From the NCBI GenBank assembly GCA_038153405.1, contig JAYOYH010000010.1, positions 95,782 through 115,026 on the forward strand: a DNA stretch of 19,245 nt, read 5' to 3'. This document shows, piece by piece, positions 1-6,545 of this stretch. Below the pieces are notes generated by a model. It was not told the origin of the DNA. It saw only the letters and a list, made by a program, of their open reading frames with translations, and did no database searches. Numbering within the stretch: position 1 is the first letter of the stretch; each line of letters begins with the position of its first letter. The position numbers and the translations under genes are program-made. This DNA is from Gemmatimonadota bacterium. GTDB lineage: Bacteria > Latescibacterota > UBA2968 > UBA8231.

Positions 1-820
1 GGAACGAGTTCGTGCTGCCTTTTGAGCGAAACACCGAGTACCCCGTCAGCCCCGTTAACTGACCGCCGTCCGAATCGAGCGTCGACGCGTTCCAGCTGAC
101 CGTCACCCGGCCAAAATCGGCCTCGTCGGCCACCGCCGAAAGATTCTGCGGTGCGGCCGGGGCCATCTGGTCGGGGCCCTCCGTGCGCACCTGCACCGCA
201 ACCGCCCGCGCGCTCTCATTGCCCGAATCATCGGCCGCCGTCACCGTGTAGTAATACGTCGTCAGCTCATCGAGACCCGTATCCACATACTGGCGCACAT
301 TGGCATCCACCGTCGACACCAGTTGGAACGAGTTCGTGCTGCCTTTTGAGCGAAACACCGAGTACCCCGTCAGCCCCGTCAGGTCGCTGCCGTCGGCATC
401 TCGAGACGGCGCGTTCCAGCTGACCGTCACCCGACCAAAGTCGGCCTCGTCGGCCACCGCCGACACGTTTTGCGGCGCAGCCGGCGCCACTTGGTCTGCC
501 CCCTCCGTGCGCACTTGTACCGAAACCGCCCGCGCGCTCTCATTGCCCGCCCCATCGACCGCCGTCACCGTGTAGTAATACGTCGTCAGTTCGTCGAGGC
601 CAGCATCTACATACTGTCGCGTGTTTGAATCGACCGTCGACACCAGTTGGAACGAGTTCGTGCTGCCCTTTGAGCGAAACACCGAGTACCCGTTCAAACC
701 GGTCAGCTGCCCCCCACCCGCATCGACAGTCGAGGCGTTCCAACTGACCGTTACCCGACCAAAGTCGGCCTCGTCGGCCACCGCCGACACGTTTTGCGGC
801 GCGGCCGGCGCCACTTCGTC
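1..820 (-). repeat. Intragenic tandem repeat, 324-nt (108-aa) unit: 497-820, 173-496, partial 1-172
   Basis: GGAACGAGTTCGTGCTGCC recurs at 1, 325 and 649 (period 324). Each unit encodes one FN3-like domain starting D(E/Q)(V/M)APAAPQN. Confidence 0.95.
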
Positions 821-1846
821 GACGAGAGCCGTAGCACCGACAAAAACGGACAGCTCGCTCACCAAGGTACCGCGGCCAACGGCCTGAACCTTGTAGAAGA
901 AGCTCTCGCCGCCGACCATGCCCGAATCGACGTAGGTCGTCAGCCCCGTGGTAAACTGTGTGCCCTCTTGGCTCGGCAGCATTTCATACCCCTGATCCGA
1001 GCGCAGCGAACGATAGATATTGTAGCCGAGTAGGTCGCTTTCGTTGACGCTATTCCATTGGACTTCAATGCGGCCGATGGCGCCCGTTGCCACGACGTTG
1101 GACGGCGTGGGCAGGCCAAGGGTACTGGCCTGCTGCGGTGCAGTCAGCTGACTCTTATTGTCCTTAGCATCAAAGGCGAGAATCCGATAAGCATAGGTCG
1201 TCAGCGCCTTGAGCCCCTCGTCCGTGTAGTTCTGGACATCTGCCTCTAGCGTATCGATCGGCACGTAGCCCTGATCCCCCTCGGCGCGGAACAACACAAA
1301 ACCTGCCAAACCGGTCAGCGCGCCCCCCCCCACATCGGTGCGCGGCAGCGTCCAGCGCACGATAATGCGTCCGGCCTCGGCGTCGTCGGCCACGACCGAC
1401 AAATTCGCCGGGGGTTCGGGCGGCGTTATATCTTCGATGATAGTCGCGCCAACAAAGTTCGATAATTCGCTGAGTAAACCGGTCGTATCAACGGCTGCCA
1501 CCCGGTAGAAAAACGTCTGTCCTGGCGCGTCGAGCGAGTCGATAAAGCTGACTTTACCCGTGGTAATCTGCAGCGTGCTGTCGCCATCGCCCGACACAAA
1601 GGCGTAGCTCCCGTTGGACTGGGCTGCGCGAAATACGGCGTAGCCGGCCAAGTCGGCCGCGTCCACGGCCTGCCATCCCAGCAGGATGCGTCCGACACCC
1701 GGTTGTATCTGCAGCCCCGCGGGCGTATCCGGTCGCAGGACGAGCACAGCGGCCTGAGGATCGATTGGATTGCTGCGTTCTCGATCACAGCTCAACAGGA
1801 GAAACACAGCGCTCAGCGCCATCAAATGGACATAGATTTTTTTCAT
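2..1846 (-). CDS. Large lipoprotein with tandem fibronectin type III-like domains (3' end beyond window)
   Basis: Hand translation from ATG 1846 gives 615 codons with no stop to the window edge. N-terminus MKKIYVHLMALSAVFLLLS-C20 is a lipobox. Five complete and one partial FN3-like domains follow, with the pattern P..P.N/GL...V.W...L.GY.VFRS...Y.D..L....YYY.V.A.D..GNES. Confidence 0.9.
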   Translation of the reverse strand, partial: MKKIYVHLMALSAVFLLLSCDRERSNPIDPQAAVLVLRPDTPAGLQIQPGVGRILLGWQAVDAADLAGYAVFRAAQSNGSYAFVSGDGDSTLQITTGKVSFIDSLDAPGQTFFYRVAAVDTTGLLSELSNFVGATIIEDITPPEPPANLSVVADDAEAGRIIVRWTLPRTDVGGGALTGLAGFVLFRAEGDQGYVPIDTLEADVQNYTDEGLKALTTYAYRILAFDAKDNKSQLTAPQQASTLGLPTPSNVVATGAIGRIEVQWNSVNESDLLGYNIYRSLRSDQGYEMLPSQEGTQFTTGLTTYVDSGMVGGESFFYKVQAVGRGTLVSELSVFVGATALVDEVAPAAPQNVSAVADEADFGRVTVSWNASTVDAGGGQLTGLNGYSVFRSKGSTNSFQLVSTVDSNTRQYVDAGLDELTTYYYTVTAVDGAGNESARAVSVQVRTEGADQVAPAAPQNVSAVADEADFGRVTVSWNAPSRDADGSDLTGLTGYSVFRSKGSTNSFQLVSTVDANVRQYVDTGLDELTTYYYTVTAADDSGNESARAVAVQVRTEGPDQMAPAAPQNLSAVADEADFGRVTVSWNASTLDSDGGQLTGLTGYSVFRSKGSTNSF

Positions 1847-1915
1847 ATTTTTTGCTGACTTCGGCTAAATAGGGAAATCCCTGGGCGAGATACGAGGTTT
1901 GAAAATGGTGTCCGT

Positions 1916-2374
1916 TTAGAACGATCGCTTGACGACGAGCCCAATGCGCCGGGCGGCCAGTTGCGGCTCTACGGCAAAGCGCGGAGTGGACAACGCCCCT
2001 GCTCCGCTGCGATACGCGCGCGCGGAGGCCTCGCCTCCCTGCAATAGGAGGCGCACTCCACTCACGGTAAAGGCAGCGGCCAGGGCCCAACTTACCTGGC
2101 TCTTTACGTCCCTGTTGTTGGTGCGCTCATACAGGCGAACGGCATCTTCGGCCGTATCGGCAGCCTGGTAGCGAGCATAGAGTTCATCGGCCTCGCTATT
2201 AAAGTCAAAGCCCTGTTTAACGAGGGCGGCACTTCCCCCTATAAACAGCAACCCCAGCGAACGGCGCGCGGTGAGAAAGCCCTGTCCCTCTTCTGCTGCA
2301 ACGGGTTGCACAACGCCTGCGATACCCGTGACGGATACCAGCGCCAAAACGACTACGCGAGATAGTTTATCCAT
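1916..2374 (-). CDS. Hypothetical exported membrane protein (signal peptide, two hydrophobic helices, C-terminal beta-hairpin ending in Phe)
   Basis: 152-aa ORF with GAGG 8 nt upstream of the ATG. Signal peptide ends ...QPVAA; C-terminus RIGLVVKRSF. Confidence 0.8.
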   Translation of the reverse strand: MDKLSRVVVLALVSVTGIAGVVQPVAAEEGQGFLTARRSLGLLFIGGSAALVKQGFDFNSEADELYARYQAADTAEDAVRLYERTNNRDVKSQVSWALAAAFTVSGVRLLLQGGEASARAYRSGAGALSTPRFAVEPQLAARRIGLVVKRSF

Positions 2375-2473
2375 GTTATTTGCCTCTAAATATACCGTAA
2401 ATAACGACCTGCTGTCTCACTTAATTCTCTAAACTACTTGCACTTAGAAAGACTAATGATCCGATCCGGTCTA

Positions 2474-2502
2474 AGATTATCCACAAGAGTGAACTTTGTC
2501 AA
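2474..2502 (-). promoter_or_regulatory. Sigma70-type promoter for the leftward genes
   Basis: Minus strand TTGACA (2502-2497), 17-nt spacer, TAATCT (2479-2474). Confidence 0.7.
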
Positions 2503-2580
2503 CACGATGAATGGGCATCGAGCCGCTGTCTCGCAATGCGCTACAGTGGCGCAAACAATAGACTTAGCTCACAAATCGCC

Positions 2581-2609
2581 TTGACAAATGAACTTATGTG
2601 CAGTAATGT
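2581..2609 (+). promoter_or_regulatory. Sigma70-type lexA promoter
   Basis: TTGACA (2581-2586), 17-nt spacer, TAATGT (2604-2609). TAGAAT at 2609-2614 is an alternative -10. Confidence 0.65.
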
Positions 2610-2625
2610 AGAATACATCTGTTCA
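2589..2625. promoter_or_regulatory. Two candidate LexA (SOS) boxes
   Basis: TGAAC-TTAT-GTGCA (2589-2602) lies in the promoter spacer and AATAC-ATCT-GTTCA (2612-2625) just downstream of the -10. Both resemble the GAAC-N4-GTTC box, and lexA is typically autoregulated. Confidence 0.7.
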
Positions 2626-2658
2626 CATTTTCACTATTCCTCCCCACAGGAGGCCACG

Positions 2659-3288
2659 ATGCGCAAAAAGCTCACTGAACGGCAGCAGGCGATCTACGAC
2701 TTTATCGCCGATGCGATCCGCAGCCGCGGCGCCCCTCCCACCATACGCGAAATCATGGACGTCTTCCAAATCAACTCGACCAACGGCGTGCGCACAACGC
2801 TGGCCGCCCTAGAAAAGAAGGGCCATATCCGCCGGCACGCCCGCCTTTCGCGCGGCATCGAGCTGGTCGACTACGTCGAACCAGCCGCGCTGACGTCGGA
2901 GCTGCGCGAAGTACCGCTGGTCGGGCGCGTGGCCGCCGGCGAACCCATTCTCGCCACCGAAAATATTGAGTCGACGCTGCAGATCGACCGCGCGCTAGTA
3001 CCGGCTTCTGGAACGATCTTTGCCCTGCGCGTGCACGGTGAGAGCATGAAAAACGCCGGCATTCTAAACGGCGATATCGTCATGGCGCGCCGCCAGGAAA
3101 GCGCCGAGCGCGGCGATATTATCGTGGCGCAGATTGGCGACGAGGCAACGGTCAAACGCTACGCCCCCGATCACGACTGCATTCGGCTCCTACCCGAAAA
3201 CGATTCGTTTGAGCCCATCGTCGTACCGCTCGACGCCGTGGATTTCAGCATTGCCGGCAAAGTCGTTGGCCTTATGCGCCGCATGTAG
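2659..3288 (+). CDS. lexA: LexA repressor (209 aa)
   Basis: Winged-HTH LTERQ...PPTIREI...STNGV...LEKKGHI, Ala-Gly cleavage site in VGRVAAG, catalytic Ser (GESM) and Lys (TVKR). Start set at ATG 2659 because AGGAGG lies at 2648-2653. Confidence 0.97.
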   Translation: MRKKLTERQQAIYDFIADAIRSRGAPPTIREIMDVFQINSTNGVRTTLAALEKKGHIRRHARLSRGIELVDYVEPAALTSELREVPLVGRVAAGEPILATENIESTLQIDRALVPASGTIFALRVHGESMKNAGILNGDIVMARRQESAERGDIIVAQIGDEATVKRYAPDHDCIRLLPENDSFEPIVVPLDAVDFSIAGKVVGLMRRM

Positions 3289-3294
3289 GCATCC

Positions 3295-4632
3295 GTGTCT
3301 GCCGAGTCCGACCCGCGCCTCCACACCGACGCCCGCGCCATATTCGCCGCAGCAATCGCATCGGCCCAGCCCCGCCGGTGTGTGCTCGACGCCCTATCGC
3401 TAGACGGATCGCAGCTGCGCATAGGCGACTGGCACTGCGACCTAAAGCAGCGCACTCGCCTAGTCGTGCTCGGCGCGGGAAAGGCCACGCCCGCTATGGC
3501 CGCTGCCGTAGAGGAAGTGCTCGGCGAGCGGATCGATGCCGGCCTCATCAACACCAAGTATGGGCATCGCTTGCCCCTCGAGCGCATCGAAACCGTGGAA
3601 TGTGGCCACCCCGTTCCGGACGAGCGCGGCATAGAGGGCACGCTGCGCCAACTCGCCCTGCTCGAATCGCTCGATGAAGACGCGCTCGTTCTCTGCCTCT
3701 TTTCTGGGGGAGGCTCGGCTCTGCTGCCAGCGCCAGCGCCGGGCATTAGCTTGGAAGATAAGGGACAGACGACCCGGCTCCTGCTGAGCTGTGGGGCCAC
3801 CATCGACGAAATCAATGCCATACGCAAGCACCTATCGGCCATCAAAGGCGGCCAACTCTGTGCGCGCGCCCATCCCGCTCGGGTCGTTTCTCTGATGATG
3901 TCCGACGTGATCGGCGATCCACTCGGGACCATAGCCTCGGGACCGACGTTCCCCGATTCGTCCACCTTTGCAACCTGCCTCGAATTAGTCGACCGCTACG
4001 AACTCCGCGCGGCACTGCCGGCCGCCGTGCGCTACCGCCTAGAAAGCGGTGCGAGAGGCACAGTAGACGAGACCCCCAATGCCGACGACCCATGCTTCGC
4101 AGGCGTTCACAACGCGGTTATTGGCAACAGCGCGTTGGCCATTGACGCTGCCGTGCGACACGCGCGCGGCTTGGGCTATGAGCCCCTAGTGCTGACCTCG
4201 CGCCTGCAGGGCGAAGCGCGCGAAATCGGTCCTGCGCTGGTGGCCATCGCACAGGAGGTGCGCACGCATGGGCGCCCTCTTGCCCCCCCCGCCTGCATTA
4301 TCGCCGGCGGAGAAACCACCGTCACGCTGCGCGGCCAAGGCAAAGGCGGGCGCAACCAGGAGTTGGCCCTCGCTGCTGCAATAGACCTCGACGGCTGGCC
4401 CCATATCGCCCTGCTGTCGGGCGGCACCGATGGCACCGACGGACCGACCGATGCGGCCGGCGCAATCGCCGACGGATCGACCATTGCGCGCGCTGCGGCG
4501 CGCCAGCTGTCAGCGCGTGCGCACCTGCGCGACAACGACGCCTACCACTTCTTTGCCCCGCTGGGCGACCTGCTCATAACCGGCGCTACCGGCACCAACG
4601 TAATGGACCTGCAACTAGTCCTTGTTCGCTGA
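3295..4632 (+). CDS. ttuD: Glycerate kinase, MOFRL/class II family (TtuD/GckA-like)
   Basis: Motifs GAGKA, GHPVPD, SGGGSAL, INAIRKHLSAIKGGQL, SDVIGD, IASGPT, GGETTV, GGRNQE, TDGTDG, TGTNVMD. GTG start 6 nt after the lexA stop. Confidence 0.93.
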   Translation: MSAESDPRLHTDARAIFAAAIASAQPRRCVLDALSLDGSQLRIGDWHCDLKQRTRLVVLGAGKATPAMAAAVEEVLGERIDAGLINTKYGHRLPLERIETVECGHPVPDERGIEGTLRQLALLESLDEDALVLCLFSGGGSALLPAPAPGISLEDKGQTTRLLLSCGATIDEINAIRKHLSAIKGGQLCARAHPARVVSLMMSDVIGDPLGTIASGPTFPDSSTFATCLELVDRYELRAALPAAVRYRLESGARGTVDETPNADDPCFAGVHNAVIGNSALAIDAAVRHARGLGYEPLVLTSRLQGEAREIGPALVAIAQEVRTHGRPLAPPACIIAGGETTVTLRGQGKGGRNQELALAAAIDLDGWPHIALLSGGTDGTDGPTDAAGAIADGSTIARAAARQLSARAHLRDNDAYHFFAPLGDLLITGATGTNVMDLQLVLVR

Positions 4633-4648
4633 GCCGGCCGGCTCAGCG
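4627..4648. other. Perfect 22-bp palindrome overlapping the glycerate kinase stop codon
   Basis: CGCTGAGCCGGCCGGCTCAGCG equals its own reverse complement. No U-tract follows. Confidence 0.8.
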
Positions 4649-4652
4649 CAGC

Positions 4653-4681
4653 TTGACAGCACATGCGCCTTCTCTTAGTAT
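4653..4681 (+). promoter_or_regulatory. Sigma70-type promoter for the porV-like/era/purD genes
   Basis: TTGACA (4653-4658), 17-nt spacer, TAGTAT (4676-4681). Confidence 0.7.
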
Positions 4682-4716
4682 TCACCTGTTCACAATTCCT
4701 TTTATTTCAATGCCCT

Positions 4717-5649
4717 ATGCACAGAATAGTCACGGCTGTTTTCCTCTTTCTTTCGACGGCGGGCAGTGCTGCTGCCGCGTCTGCATTTGCCGGTGAGTTT
4801 CTCTCGCTGGGCGCCGGCGCACGCGCCATGGCATTGGGCAGCGCCTTTGTCGCCATCGCCGATGACCCGACGGCCACCTATTGGAACCCAGCTGGCCTTA
4901 CGCGGCTTACCGACCGACAGGTGCACCTCATGCACGCCGAGCGCTTCTCCGGCCTGGTAGACCACGACTTTGCGGCCGTTGCCCGCCCCGGTCGCCGCCT
5001 GCACGGCATGGGCATTGCGCTGCTGCGCGTGGGCGTCAGCGACATCCCCTTCACCGAATTGACCGATCCCGGCCGACCGCTTAGCGAGACCAATCGCCCC
5101 TATATCTCCTCGACGGAGACGAGTGCCGACTATGCGCTCTACCTATCTTTTGCCCACCGCCTGCGCGAGTCGATTTCGCTGGGCACCTCGCTCAAGCTGA
5201 TCTATCGCCAGATCGCCTCATTCAGCGCCTATGGCATGGGTGTGGATATCGGCATGAACGTTCAGCTGCGACCCGGTTTAGCACTGGCCGTCAGCCTGCG
5301 CGACGCCACCACGACGCCCATGGTCTGGGATACCGATGCGAGCGATCGCATCCAGCCCTCTCTCGTGCTGGGGGCCACCTACCGTCTAGCGCTGGCCGGG
5401 GGCAGTGCGACCCTGGCGCTGGGCTCGCGCACAGGAGGCAACGCCGACGACATCGGCCAGGGCAATCCGCTGCTGTCCGGCATCGAATACCGCTATCGGG
5501 CGCTGGCGCTGCGCGGCGGCCTGGAAGAAGGCCGCCAGTCCTTTGGCATTGGTCTGCAGCCGCATCAGCGCATCGCCCTCGATCTCGCCTATATGCAACA
5601 CGACCAACTCGAGTCGACTTATCAGCTCTCTGCCAACCTCTCCTTCTGA
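4717..5649 (+). CDS. PorV/PorQ (FadL-like, UPF0164) family outer-membrane beta-barrel
   Basis: Signal peptide followed by FLSLGAGARAMALGSAFVAIADDPTATYWNPAGL, amphipathic strands and a terminal Phe. ATG 4717 is preferred because ATG 4663 lies inside the predicted promoter. Confidence 0.85.
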   Translation: MHRIVTAVFLFLSTAGSAAAASAFAGEFLSLGAGARAMALGSAFVAIADDPTATYWNPAGLTRLTDRQVHLMHAERFSGLVDHDFAAVARPGRRLHGMGIALLRVGVSDIPFTELTDPGRPLSETNRPYISSTETSADYALYLSFAHRLRESISLGTSLKLIYRQIASFSAYGMGVDIGMNVQLRPGLALAVSLRDATTTPMVWDTDASDRIQPSLVLGATYRLALAGGSATLALGSRTGGNADDIGQGNPLLSGIEYRYRALALRGGLEEGRQSFGIGLQPHQRIALDLAYMQHDQLESTYQLSANLSF

Positions 5650-6526
5650 AACGCGCTGCGGCTACGTCGCACTCGTCGGACGGCCAAACGCCGGCAAATC
5701 GACCCTGTTCAACGCCTTTCTCGGCCAGCGCCTATCCATTGTAACGGCCAAGCCGCAGACGACCCGCGGCCGCGTGCTCGGCATTTTGACGCGCCCAGAG
5801 AGCCAGGTGGTCTTCCTCGATACGCCTGGTCTGCTCGAACCCAGTTACAAGCTACACGAAAGCATGGAGCGCCAAATCGAACTGGCCGCGCGCGAAGCCG
5901 ATGTCGCTCTACTGCTGATCGATGCTAGCAAACCGCGCGATCGCGCCCAACTCGTGAAGCGCTTTATCCAACAGGCGCGCACGCCCGTTATCGCCGCGCT
6001 CAACAAGATCGACCTGCTAGGTCCGGGCATTGTTGAAAACCTGCAGAAACAGCTTCTGGACGAATATGGACTGACCGAACTGCTGCCCATATCGGCGCTG
6101 CACAAAACACATATAGACGGGATGCTTCAACAGATCGATGCCCGACTGCCAACCGGCCCCAAGCTGTATCCTGACGATATGGTAGCCGAACAGCCCGAGC
6201 GCTTTTTTGCCGCTGAGCTCATACGCGAAGCAGCCTTTGAGCACCTAGAAAACGAGTTGCCCTACTCCATCAACATATCCATCGAAGAGTTCAAAGAGCG
6301 CACGGCCAGTAAGACCTATATCAGCGCCGTGATTTACGTCGAGCGCGACAGCCAGAAAGGCATTGTCATAGGCCGCAAAGGCGCGCGGCTACAGGCCATT
6401 GGCAAGGAAGCGCGCAAGGGCATTGAAGAGTTAATCGAGCAATCCGTTTACCTCGAATTGTGGGTCAAAGTGCGCCCGGGGTGGCGCAACCAAGAGCGCG
6501 ATCTGCGCGAATTCGGCTATATCTGA
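5630..6526 (+). CDS. era: GTPase Era (start codon uncertain)
   Basis: G1 GRPNAGKSTL, KPQTTR, DTPG, NKID, ISA, ELPYS and KH-domain SQKGIVIGRKG. The recognisable N-terminus (RCGYVALVG) begins near 5654. The in-frame CTG at 5630 is taken as a provisional start. Confidence 0.93.
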   Translation: MPTSPSETRCGYVALVGRPNAGKSTLFNAFLGQRLSIVTAKPQTTRGRVLGILTRPESQVVFLDTPGLLEPSYKLHESMERQIELAAREADVALLLIDASKPRDRAQLVKRFIQQARTPVIAALNKIDLLGPGIVENLQKQLLDEYGLTELLPISALHKTHIDGMLQQIDARLPTGPKLYPDDMVAEQPERFFAAELIREAAFEHLENELPYSINISIEEFKERTASKTYISAVIYVERDSQKGIVIGRKGARLQAIGKEARKGIEELIEQSVYLELWVKVRPGWRNQERDLREFGYI

Positions 6527-6545
6527 GCGATAGAGGAGAGACGCC

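Noticed and set aside
1..820. Repeats as a DGR template/variable pair or a CRISPR array
   Set aside because: Units are in-frame 324-nt coding repeats. Differences are not adenine-specific, there is no repeat-spacer structure, and no reverse transcriptase or cas gene is in the window.
1323..1331. C9 homopolymer as a phase-variation tract
   Set aside because: The frame is intact and the tract encodes a Gly-rich loop also present in the other B-type domains. No evidence of slippage without reads.
151..1788. Short ORFs listed in the track over this region
   Set aside because: They are antisense or off-frame shadows of the long minus-strand lipoprotein gene.
2428..2448. Inverted repeat TCTAA-N11-TTAGA in the leftward leader
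   Set aside because: Five-bp arms in AT-rich DNA are expected by chance, and there is no match to dif or a second copy.
2367..2485. Replication origin (AT-rich region with DnaA box)
   Set aside because: Only one perfect box plus a two-mismatch variant at 2367-2375. No box cluster or oriC-associated genes.
2536..2658. N-terminal extension of LexA given by the ORF track
   Set aside because: It spans the promoter and operators. The strong RBS supports ATG 2659.
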